Assembly: GCF_018350175.1 (NCBI RefSeq)
Contig: NC_058368.1
Span: forward strand, 183,150,001 to 183,214,000
Reading direction: 5' to 3'
Length of the DNA: 64,000 bases
DNA from: Felis catus
Lineage: Eukaryota
Under the pieces are notes generated by a model. That model had not been told where the DNA came from, searched no databases, and was given only the letters and a program-made list of their open reading frames with translations. A program made the translations under genes and the position numbers. Numbering within the stretch: position 1 is the stretch's first letter; every line of letters begins with the position of its first letter. Below are positions 1 through 11,289 of this stretch, piece after piece.

Positions 1-2044
1 TTCAAGACAAAATTGAGATGCATGCATGTAGTGATCCATCTTTCCATTTCAGTTATTCAATCTACATTTTGGAAAAGATTCTCTGCCTTGTAAAATTAAA
101 TAGTGGCAATGTTTCTACTTAAGGACACAGGTTTGGGTGTACCACATACATTTCACAAATAATGCTGACTTTTCTTCTCCATTAATACTGGTAGGAGCAC
201 ATGAATAAGCTTGGCTTAGCAAGCAAAATAGGGATAATTATGTATCGTTCTATAGGTACAATATTAAATACAGAAACTGAGCTCTTGCAAAGTCACATGT
301 ACAAACAAAATTTAGCCCACAAGTAAGACTAGAAAGTATCCAGAATGAAATTTCCTACTGGATTTTTATAATATATTGCATGAAACTTTGCATTTTAAGT
401 GACTTTCTTTTTAAAACTCATTAGCTTTTAATTTAAATCTGAGAAATTATCATTTGTTGTACTTTTGCCTAAAAAAAATCAGCCTGTGTTATAACTTTAA
501 CTGACATCCAAACTTTCTTTTCTTAGATGAATGCATTTAACTCCTCCTTGTTATTTTTTTTTAAATCACTTCATGCAAATTTAATGAAAAACTAATTACA
601 GTTTCCTACCAAACAGTGTACTTAGGCAAATAGTAATTGTATTGGTCTGTCTTCTTTTCTGTTTCTCTGAAAAGTTGTGTTCCTCAAATGAATAATTACG
701 TACAGAATAATTAAATGTTGCTGATATGGTCTACTCATCCCCTTTGTACACAAAAACACCAGAGTCGTCTTCCTAGAAATCTGTCTCCGTCATGTTGGAT
801 AAGCTTACTGTCCATCACACAACTGGCATCAATTCACACTCATTTGCACAAGAATATAGTACTATATTAAAAGACAATTTTAATCACTGACAACCTGTGA
901 GTCCATGTTCCATTATAGATTAAAAGGACCAATTATTTTTTTAAAGTAATGCTCTAATGGAAAGTCTTAGGAGTACACAGGCAGTATGGCTCTGTCTGTA
1001 ATCTAAGGTGTACTCTCAGAAGTTTGTAAACAATTTAGACCATCATAGACATGGCCATTGTTTTTATTTGAAAACATCTCTCTTGAAAAACCTGAGAAAT
1101 TATGACAACATTGCCCCTATCTGCACTTCCAACTCTGACATCCTCCAGCGCCAACCAGCTATTTGGACATGCAGTTAACTGGGTGTGGTGATGCCTCTGG
1201 CTCTGCTGGGATCTGTCAGAGACACGATAAAGGGGTTTCTTCTCAGAAGTGCTTGAGCAAGATGGGGGAAACACTAAGTTAGAGATAGGAACAAGAAAGC
1301 AGTGCATTCAGGTAAAAGTTTTCAAATTAGAAAAGTGTGGACCACTTGCAGAATGGTCACCTTTGATGCTTGAACTTTAACCTAAAATGATCAAGAATCT
1401 CCTTGAACCCCCAAAGTTAAAGACTGCTGGGTTTCCCTCTCTTGGGCTCGGGAGAGTGCCATTCTAAGGTATTATAGCTTCTCTACAAAACTCAGTCCTA
1501 AGGGACCTTTTAGCATCCACCATCCACAAGATACCTATATAGAACACTCCATAATAAGAACTGAGCCCAGTTAACAAGTGAAAATACCAGCCTATCGCAG
1601 GGATCCTAATAGCAAGATCAAAATCAGGTAGAATAATTGCAATATTTAGTGAAACAGAACTGCTAGAGGAGCAAGACCAATACCTAAAGAAAACAAAAGT
1701 AACAAAAACAGAAATGTATTTGAAGAGCACAAATCTTCTTCAACCTTCTCTGTCTCATCTCCTTCTTTCTTTAATTTTTTAACATAGCATTAACATAACA
1801 ATTAATTGCATATATTTAAAGCTTATGTTTGTTAAGTACACACCAGGGAATCCATCACCATTAAGCAAGTGAATAAATGTATCCATTATCCCCCCAAAGT
1901 TTCTTCATGCCCCTTGGTAATTAACCCTTCCATTATCAAACACTATGCCCCACCCCCCAGTCCATTCCACACAACCACTGACACGTTTTCTATAGATTAT
2001 AGAATCTTAAGAATCACTGTAGATTAGTTTGAGTTTGCTAGAAT

Positions 2045-2372
2045 TTTGACTCTTGAACATGAACTATGCACATCTTCTTACAAGCATATTTTTTTTCAAT
2101 AAATATATTGGAAAAATTTTTGGACATTTTTGACATTTTGAAAAAAACCTCACAATTGAACCAAAAAAATTAATAAAAAGCTAGGTATTAGTTTAAGAAT
2201 ACAGTATATAATACATACAATATATAAAACATATGCTAATTGTCTATGTTATTTGTAATACTTTCAGTCATCCTGAGGCTATTGGTAGTTAAGTTTTAGG
2301 GAAGTCAAAAATTATATTTTTGACTAGGTCAGGGAGGTGCTCCTAATTTCCCTGTTGTTCGACAGTCAACTG
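2045..2372 (+). mobile_element. Tigger2-family (Tigger2a/MER28-like) MITE inserted in L1
   Basis: Degenerate TIRs 'ttgactcttgaaca' ... 'tgttcgacagtcaactg' followed by TA. Internal 'aagaatacagtatataatacata' and 'gtagttaagttttagggaagtcaaaa' match the recalled Tigger2 consensus. Confidence 0.8.
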
Positions 2373-4367
2373 TATATGTAATCATATATTAGGTATTCTT
2401 TTTTTTTTTTTTTTTGCTTTTTGCATTCAGCATAATTATTTCCATATCCATTCATGTTGTGGTATATATCAATAGTCAATGTTCATTACTTTTGTTTGCT
2501 TGTTTTCTTTTTAATGCTAAGTAATGTTCTATTGTATCTGTCACCTATTGAGGGATATTTGAGAAATTCTTAACTTTTCCAATATATTACAACCTTTCTC
2601 TTAATATCCTTGTATAAGTGTTTATAGACACATATACATTTTCACTTGTTTAATGCACAAGTGTAGTATTTCTGAGTCATATGATAAATATTTTCCCATG
2701 TGGTTGTACCATTTTACATTCCCACCAGCAGTATATGGGCTTACCAGGTGCTTTACTTCCCTGATAATATTGAGTACTGTCATTTTTAGCAAATTTAGAC
2801 ATTCTAATGGGGGCTTAGAGTTATTTCATTGTGGTTTCAATTTTCATTTCCCCATGGACTAATGATTCTGAGCATCACTGGAGATATTTATTTCCCAGTC
2901 AAATATCTTTGATGATGAAGTGGCTGTTAAATTTCCACACATATTTTTAGAATTTATTTCTTTGGTTTGTTATTGTTGAGTTTTCAGAGTGTTTTATATA
3001 TTCTGGATACAAGTCCAAGTTTGTGGCTTATCTTTTTATGTTTTAATTCTTTTTTTAACTAGATATTAATTTTAAGTCCAAATACCAATCAATTAATCAA
3101 AGACTGAACTTTTCTTGTTGTACCAAATAAACTCTGTCTAAACCAAGGTCATAAAAATTTTATTTTATATTTTATTCCAGAATCTTTATAGTTTTAGCCC
3201 TTATGGTTATGTTTATGAATAATTTTGAGTTAATGTATGCATATAATGCAAGGTTTGAAGTGTTTTTTTGTTTTTGATCCCCCCCCCCCATCCCCCGTAG
3301 GACAGATACTCTGTTGTTGAAGCACTATTTGTTGAAAACACTACCCTTTCTCCCTTGAATTTCCTTTGCACTTTTCTCAAAAATCTATTGACCATATAAG
3401 GGAGGGTCTATTTATGGACTTTGTTTCCTATTCCATTAAACTATTTGTCTATCTTGCTAATGCAGCCTTTATCAATGAACCTTTGAAATAATATTTAATG
3501 CGTGAATCCTCCAATATTGTTCTTTTTTAATGTTGTTTTAGTCTATGTCCTTTTTATTTCCACATGCAATTTAGAAATTAATTTAGAAATTTAGCTTGTC
3601 AGTTTTATATAAACTCTACCTGACTGTGGATTATGGTTGGGATGAATCAGTATGTCATTTTGGGAATAACTGCCTTCTTAAATAATACAGAGATTTCTCA
3701 TCCATTAACACAATACATCACTCCATTTATTTAATTCTTGAATTTCTCTCAGCAATGTTTTGTATATAACCAAAGCTTATATACCTTTGGTAATATTTAT
3801 CCCTAAATATTTCATATTTTTATGTCATGAGAAATGATAATTTAATTCCAATTTCTAATTGTTGCTGATATACAGAAATACAAAATAATTTTTTATATCA
3901 GTCTTCTATCCAACCATATTTTGGTATAGTCAGCTGATTCTACTGTGTTTCTTTGTTTTTAGGCTTTCTTTTTAGTTTTGTTTTTGTTTTTGTTATTTTG
4001 TTTGTTGTAGGTAGGTATCTTCTATAAATAACTCAGTGTTATTTCCTCTTTTCCAGTTGAGATCCCTTTCTTTTTTTCTTACCATATGACACTGACTAGA
4101 CTTCCAGTATAGTGTGAAATAAGTGGTAAGAGAATACATATTTACCTTGTATGTAAAAGCATTAATTCATTTTTAAATATGATGTTAACTGTTTTTCATA
4201 GATGCCCTTTATAAGCATGAGGAAGTCTCCTTATATTCCTAATTAGCTATGAGTTTTACTGGGAATAGATGATGGATTTTGTCAAATGTTTTTTCTGCAT
4301 GCAATGAGATGACCATCTGGTTTGCCTTTTTAAGTATAGTTATATAGTGAATTACATTGATTGACCT

Positions 4368-5360
4368 TATTTTTAGAGTAGTTTTAGATTTACAGAAAAT
4401 GTGAAAAATACTAGAGTTTGCACATATTCCACACCCAGTTCCTTCTATTTTAATGTCTTACAACAGTATGGTACGTTTGTTACGGTTAATGGAAATATTG
4501 GCATATCATTAACTAAAATCCATAGTTTATTCAGATTTCCTGGGTTTTTATCTAATGTCTTTTTCCTGCTCCAAGATCCCATCCAGGATATCACATTATT
4601 TTTGGTCATTGTCATAATTCATTTGGGCTATTCTAAGAAAAATACCAGAGATTTGGTGGCTTATAAGCAACAGAAACTTATTATTCACAGTGTGGAGGCT
4701 GTAAAGTCCAAAACCAAGGCACAAGAAGATACACTTTCTGGTGAAAGCCTGCCTTCTGGTTCATAAATCGCAGTCTTCTTGCTATAATGTTTCATAGTAG
4801 GAGTGAGAGAGCTCTCTAGAGTCTCTTATATGGCAGTAATCCCATTTATGAGGGCTCTGTTCTCATGACCTAGTCAACTCCCAAAAGCCCTACTTCTAAA
4901 TCTCAATACTTTGGGGATATGGTTTCAATATATGGATTTTGAGAGGACATAAACATGAATTCTGTAACACTCATGTTATCTTACAGCTCTCTTGACTGTG
5001 ACAGTTTCTCATACTTGACTTGTTTTTTATACACTTAACAGTTTTGAGGAGTACTGGTCAGGTATTCCAGAAATATGCCTCCTACAGAAATTTGTGTGCA
5101 ATTTTTCTCATGATTAGATTGGGATTATGGGTTTTGGGCAAACAATCAGGGAGCTAAAGTGCCACCATATTACATCAGGGTACATACCATCAATATGACT
5201 AACAACTGTTGTTCTGACTTCATCACCCGATTGAGGCAGTGTTTAACAGATTTCTCTACTGTGAAGTTATTCCCCACCCCCCACCCCCCCACCCCGCTCT
5301 TTTCATATGTTATTCTTTGGAAGGAAGTCATTATGCAAAGCCCATACTAAAGTAAAGGCT
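4368..5360 (-). mobile_element. L1MC-type 3'UTR fragment nested in the older L1
   Basis: Starts 'ttttagagtagttttagatttacagaaaat' and contains 'gatcccatccaggatatcacatt' and 'ttttgaggagtactggtcaggta'. The host L1 resumes after about 5362, and 'tgattga' lies on both sides. Confidence 0.7.
4610..4969 (-). mobile_element. MaLR solo LTR (MLT1A0-like)
   Basis: TG...CA ends, about 360 bp, near-identical 5-bp TSD gtcat/ctcat. Contains 'caacagaaacttattattcacagtgtggaggctgtaaagtccaa'. Confidence 0.85.
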
Positions 5361-5741
5361 AACTGATTGATTCTAAAGTGTTAAATAACATTCCTATTCC
5401 CAGGTAAACACTGTTTGATCATCATGTATTGTCCTGTTCATATAATGTTAGATTAGATTTGTGACAATTTTAAGATTTTTGTATCAATATTCATGAAGTA
5501 ATTGGTCTATTGTTTTTGTTTCTTATAATGTCTTTACTTTTGGCATCATTTACTTAGAATTATTTATTTTTCTTCCTTAATTGTTTAATAGAATTCCCCA
5601 GTAAACCATCTTGGCTCAGAGTTGTCTTTGTGGGGAGAATTCTTGTTTCTTTAATAGTTATAGTTTCATTTATCCATTTTTACTCATGTGAGTTTTGGTA
5701 GTTTGTGTCTCTTAAGAAATTTCACCATTTCAGCTAAGTCA

Positions 5742-6031
5742 TTTTTTTTTTTTTTTTTTTAGAGAGCATGCATGAGTCGGGGGCGAAGGGCAGAGGAGGA
5801 GGGAGGGAGAGAGGAGACAAGGAGGGAGGGAGAGAGGGGGGGAGTGAAAAAGAAAGAGAAAGAGAGACAGAGAGAGAGAGAGAGAGACAGAGAGAGAGAG
5901 AGAATCCTAAGCAGGCTCCACGCTCAGTGCAGAGCCTGACATGAGGCTCCATTACACAACCCTAAGATCAGGACCTGACCTGAAATCAAGAGTCAGATGA
6001 TGCTCAACCGACTGAGCCACCCAGATGCCTC
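5742..6031 (-). mobile_element. CanSINE (feline SINEC) with expanded CT-rich tail
   Basis: Poly-T, long (GA)-rich tract and the antisense tRNA-derived head 'gactgagccacccagatgcctc'. Confidence 0.95.
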
Positions 6032-6084
6032 TCGTTAATAGTTTTTAAGTTTTCTATATCCTTATTTACTTTCTATTTACCTGT

Positions 6085-7147
6085 TTTAGATTTTAAATAT
6101 ATAAAATTAAAAACAAAAGTGATGAAAGAAAAAAAATATAATAGATTCATCAATATTAAAATTTGATTTCAAATTTGTCCATCCAAAATTACCACTAAGA
6201 AAGATAAATGACCAACAACTTACTGGAAGAAAATATTTATAAAACACATTTTTAATAAAGGAGTTGTATCCAGATTATTAGAAAAAAAGGAGAAAAATCT
6301 AAAACTGCTACAAATTGATAATAATCTCAAAAACTCAATAAAATGTGCAAATATTTGAATAGACATTTCATTAGAGGACATGTATGAATGACCATGAACA
6401 AATGAAAAGATGCTCAACATTAGCAGTTGTTAGAAAAATGCAAACACCATGATGAGATATCACTTCATATCCAGTGGAACAGCTTTAATAAAGTAAGATA
6501 AATGGTAACAAGTGTTTAATAGGATGCACAGAAACTGAAATCTCATTCAGTCTTGAGGGGAACCACTACTTTTAAAAAAAAGAGAAGCTTAGCAGTTTCA
6601 TAAAAAGTTAAATATAAATTTACCATATGCCCCCAAATTCCAGTTGTAGGTATCTGACCAAGGGAAATGAACATATATGTCTACACAAAGACTTGGTGTA
6701 AATGTTCTTGATAGTATTATTCATAATAGCCAAAAATTAGGGATAAAACTCACAACCGCAAACTGATAAATATATAAACAAATTATGGTATATCCATACA
6801 GTATAATACTATGTGCTAAAAAAATAAACAAATTATAAATTATAACAACAACATGATGACACTCAACAGCACCTTGCTAAGTAAATCGAGCCATTCACAA
6901 ACATTACATATTGTATGGCTTCATTTATATGGCATGCTCAGAATAAATAAATCTCTAGAGAAAGAAATTAGGGAAGTGGTTGCCTGGGGCTGGAAGTAAA
7001 TGAAGAGTTTGAGAGTAACTGCTTATGAGTACAAGGGATCTTTTTGGTGGGATGAAAATGTTTTAAAATTGGATTGTGTTGATGGTGTACGGCTCTGTAA
7101 ATTTACTAAAATCACTGAACTGTACACTTAAAATGAGTGAATTTTAA
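6085..7147 (+). mobile_element. Old L1M ORF2 C-terminus and 3'UTR
   Basis: 'gaatagacatttc', 'atgaaaagatgctcaacat', 'gtggttgcctggggctgg', 'tgaactgtacacttaaaatg'. Confidence 0.85.
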
Positions 7148-7685
7148 TTCAAAGGGATACATGCATCCCTATGTTTAGAGCCACATTATTTACAATAGCC
7201 AAACCATGGAAGCAGATGAATGGATAAAAAAGATGTGGTATATATACGCAATGGAATATTCCTCACCCACACAAAAAGAATGAAATCTTGCCATCTGCAG
7301 TGACATGGATGGAGCTGGAGAGTATAATGCTAAGCAAAACAAGTCAGTCAGAGAAAGACAAATACCATATGAGTTCATTCATATGTGAAGTTTAAGAAAC
7401 AAACAAAAACAAGCCAAAGGGGAAGAAGGGAGACAGAGAGAGAGAGAGAGAAAGAGGGAGAGATAAACTAAGAAATAGCCCCTTAACTACAGAGAATACA
7501 CTGATGGTTCCCAGAGAGGAGGTTGGAGGCGGAGCATCAGTGAAATAGGTGATGGGGATTAAGCAGTACGCTTGTGGGTAGTGTGTGGAATTGGCGAATC
7601 ACTGTACGGTACACCTGAAACAAATATTACACTGTATGTTAACCATACCACAATTATTTTCTTAAATGTTATTTAAAAAAAAACA
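7148..7685 (+). mobile_element. Carnivore L1 (L1_Carn-like) 5'-truncated 3' end
   Basis: 'agtcagtcagagaaagacaaataccatatg' and 'tacacctgaaacaaatattacactgtatgttaac', ending in an A-rich tail. Confidence 0.9.
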
Positions 7686-7810
7686 ATAAACTCCTGCCCA
7701 GCAAAAATTTTGAAAGAGTTATATAACACGCACATCATACAAATGTGGAGTAAAAGCTAACCATACACTGATAGAGAAAACATGAACTATCTTTTTAGAA
7801 AGTAATTTGA

Positions 7811-8031
7811 GGGACGCCTGGGTGGCTTGATCGGTTAAGCGTCCAAATTCGGCTCAGGTCATGATCTCACGGTCCGTGAGTTCGAGCCCCACGTCGGGCT
7901 CTGTGCTGACAGCTCAGAGCCTGGAGCCTGTTTCAGATTCTGTGTCTCCCTCTCTCTCTGCCCTTCCCCTGTTCATGCTCTGTCTCTCTCTGTCTCAAAA
8001 ATAAATAAACATTAATAAAAATTAAAAAAAA
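7811..8031 (+). mobile_element. CanSINE (SINEC_Fc)
   Basis: Full head, CT tract and A tail. Perfect TSD AGAAAGTAATTTGA at 7797-7810 and 8032-8045. Confidence 0.98.
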
Positions 8032-8117
8032 AGAAAGTAATTTGAAAACATACGCAAACTACACACAAATCTTTCTCACAGAAGTAAAATAATATATTAA
8101 ATAAAATGCCAGGACAT

Positions 8118-8670
8118 TGCCTTAGCTCAATTTTCCTTCAAAACAGAGGACAGAGCAAAGTTTTACTCTTAAGAGGTTAGTGAAGATGCAACCCAGAGCC
8201 ATCGGGAAAGAAGGGAAAGGGCATATGTGTTGTGTTATTAAGCTAGTTATGGCTTCCCAGGAAACATAGCCCTTTACTTAATCACCAGTGACATCTCTTG
8301 CGAAGCTCCATAAAACTACTGCCCTCTGAACAGTCATGGATGAGAATAAGGAAAAGCAATGAATTTTCCTGTCCAGTTCTCCTTGTCTGCATGCACGCCA
8401 CTCCACCCACATGAGCAATGTATTCTGAACTCTTTCTCTGGTAGCTCCTGGTGAAAGTTAGCACTTCGGACATTAGTTCTTCTTCCATGGCAGCTGTGAT
8501 GAAAACCCATTCTAACCCTCAAGAGAGGCCTAAAGAACCAACGATGAAGATATGAAGTAATAGTGGCCATTTGACTTTCCCCAGAGCAAAAAGTCATTTG
8601 TGGGAATGGGGAATGCAGGTGGGGCTAAGCCAGTCTGTTGAGTCCTCTATATTAGGTCTGGGGCAGGCAT
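8118..8670 (-). mobile_element. Degenerate ERVL-type LTR (LTR40/LTR50-like)
   Basis: Weak similarity to the recalled consensus ('tgccttagctcaattttccttcaaaacagag', 'gggaaagaagggaaagg', 'gtgttattaagctagtta'). Confidence 0.35.
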
Positions 8671-9060
8671 AAGCAAGAATGGTTGAGGCACTACTGTTCA
8701 TAATGGCAAAAAACAATTAATTAACTAATTAATTAATTAAGAAACAAAGCCAATGCTCAGGAAGGATAGCTGTACAAATTCTGGGATATCCAGATCATGT
8801 GAAAAATTGTACAAATGAAAAAACACAAAAAAGAAGTAGAAATATTCCGTACTTAAATGGTTTACATGAGATACTACTGAATGAGAAAACCAAGTTTCAA
8901 ATATTTATGTATAATTGATCTCCTTTAAAAAAAAACAATTTATAAACATTTGTTTTACATTGTATGTGTATATGATACTGAGGTGTATACTTGAGTATAC
9001 ATATATGGCTGTGTGTACATATAGAGATAAATATGATTCTTCATAAATGAAGAAAAAATA

Positions 9061-9269
9061 GGGGCGCCAGGTGGCTCAGTCAGTTGAGCGTCCGACTTCT
9101 GCTCAGGTCATGGTCTCACATTTTGTGAGTGCTAGCCCCATGTCGGGCTCTGTGCTGACAGCTCAGAGCCTGGAACCTGCTTCAGATTCTGTGTCTCCCT
9201 CTCTCTCTGCCCCATCCCCACTCATGCTCTGTCTCTCTCTGTCTTAAAAATAAATAAAACATTAAAAAA
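9061..9269 (+). mobile_element. CanSINE (SINEC_Fc)
   Basis: Full length. Perfect 18-bp TSD ATAAATGAAGAAAAAATA at 9043-9060 and 9270-9287. Confidence 0.98.
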
Positions 9270-9437
9270 ATAAATGAAGAAAAAATATATTACAGTATGA
9301 ATCATGGAGGGGGAGTCAAAGAAAATACTACTCTAAAGATACAAATATATAATCACGTTGTGCATTCATATACACTTTGTTCGTACACATCTTCCTTAGG
9401 TAACTTAGTAAAAGGCTAAAAATTTAAAAGGAAAACA

Positions 9438-9674
9438 GGGGCGCCTGGGTGGCGCAGTCGGTTAAGCGTCCGACTTCAGCCAGGTCACGATCTCGCGGTC
9501 CGTGAGTTCGAGCCCCGCGTCGGGCTCTGGGCTGATGGCTCAGAGCCTGGAGCCTGTTTCCGATTCTGTGTCTCCCTCTCTCTCTGCCCCTCCCCCGTCC
9601 ATGCTCTGTCTCTCTCTGTCCCCCCAAAAATAAATAAACGTTGAAAAAAAAAAATAAAAAAAAAAAAAAATAAA
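9438..9674 (+). mobile_element. Young feline SINE (SINEC_Fc1-type)
   Basis: CpGs retained, diagnostic 'ggcgcagtcgg', 'cagccaggtcacg' and 'ctgggctgatgg', long A tail. TSD TAAAAGGAAAACA at 9425-9437 and 9675-9687. Confidence 0.98.
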
Positions 9675-10159
9675 TAAAAGGAAAACAAAGACAGTTTCAA
9701 CATGCAGTTTAATACAAATCCCAGTAATGATCATGTAATACTTCTGCTTTTCCACTTGCCATTCATATAACTTTATTTCACTGCATGCCCTGTGGCCAAT
9801 TTAAGCTTCCTCCAAACCTATGTTTGCATCATCAACCTTCTACTCAAATGGCATCAAAAGTACAATACTATCTGCAAACCCAGTCAACCTCATTCAACCT
9901 ATGATGGAAGAATTTGTTTATAACCCTGCCTTCTTGCTTGGCAGCATGTTTTACGCATGCATTTCAGTCCTCAACTCTCCACCATTATAATCATTCCTAC
10001 CAAATCAATACGTTTGCTGTGCCAAATTAGACTTACTGGTGTTTCTTTAATCATTGTAGTTCCTTCAAATAAAATATTCCCCAGCCACTTTTTTACCAGT
10101 TCATGTCACTCACTTCCCTTAAAATACCACTTCATTGCAAATTAAAAGACTTAAACCCA

Positions 10160-10500
10160 TCCTTATTCATTGATCCATTTCTGGGAATAGTCAATGAGGG
10201 TCAAAAAGATTTAGTGACAAGGATGTTCATTGATACTTATAATAGAAACACTAGAAAGTGTGGTATGCTGAGCAGGAGAGAATTAGTTAAATGAATTATA
10301 TAGCACCACAATACAACAACAACAAAAAAAGACATTAAAAATTATGTTGTTGAAAACTATATGACCTCACGGAAAAAAAAATAATATTTAATGTTTACCC
10401 CTAAATTAAAAAAAAAAGTTCAAAATACAGCAATTGTTTAATTGATGGAGATTTATATTCCGTAACACTGCAGATATATAATTTGTAAGAAAACATACTA
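10160..10500 (+). mobile_element. L1ME-like 3' fragment
   Basis: 'ccatttctgggaat', 'acaaggatgttcattg', 'aattagttaaatgaattat'. Confidence 0.55.
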
Positions 10501-10949
10501 ATTAGTTTCCCAGAGTAGTTTCTTACAATATTCTTCATGAATGGACAGTGGTATCAATGCCAAGACCAATTTGAGAAACGTAATTTAAAAACATTTGAAA
10601 GCAAAAGGATCAAGGTAGGAGAGTACATGATGTTGAGCAAGATGGCTTACTTACAGAGCAGAGCTTAAAGTATTTGGAATGGACAGGCTATATCTTCTAG
10701 GAAAGCTTTCTTAAACATTGGTTCTTTTGGCCACAGTTATGTATAATTATGCACACCTAATTACAAGCAGTGAGTTAGAAATTACATTTTCTGGCAAATA
10801 TCTAGAGCACAGATTTTCTATGTTATCAGTTAAATGAAATCAACAAATTTAAACTATCAGGTAAAAAATTTAACTCCTGATATGACAGATGCTGAGCCAA
10901 CATTTTTTTCCCCCTTTCCATAGAAGAAGTATAAAGACAAGAAAATTAA

Positions 10950-11185
10950 ATAGCAATTTTCACAGCCTCCTTTACAGCTAGGCTTGCTAATGTAGCATAG
11001 GGATATACAATGAGTTGTAAGGAGTAGTTTCTTTGTGGGTTTCTGGGAATTTCTATGCCCTTAATAAACGACAGATAAAATCAGCACCATTCCTTCTTAT
11101 ACTTTTCTTCTCTTAAACACAGATATGATGCCTGGAGCTTTTCAAGTCACCACAAGGAAAGGGCCATGAGGATCGTAGATATTAA
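10950..11185 (+). mobile_element. ERVL LTR fragment (LTR16/LTR33-like)
   Basis: 'cagcctcctttacagctagg', 'caatgagttgtaagg', 'gggtttctgggaa', 'gatatgatgcctggagct'. Confidence 0.6.
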
Positions 11186-11289
11186 ACAAGAGATTTTCTC
11201 AAGTAATTTCAACTACTATAGTTTAGATAAGTGCCTCAAAGGAAAAGTAGAGGTCTCCAGCTGTTACTAAAACATTTGATCTAATAAAT

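Larger units (their letters stand above)
1775..6075 (-). mobile_element. Old eutherian L1 (L1M; MC/MD-like) 3' end and ORF2 remnant, interrupted by several younger insertions
   Basis: Antisense L1 3'UTR/ORF2 hallmarks such as 'ccattcatgttgt', 'ttttacattcccaccagcagtatatg', 'tattctggatacaagtcc' and 'ttcctttgcacttttctcaaaaatc'. No open frame survives. Confidence 0.85.
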
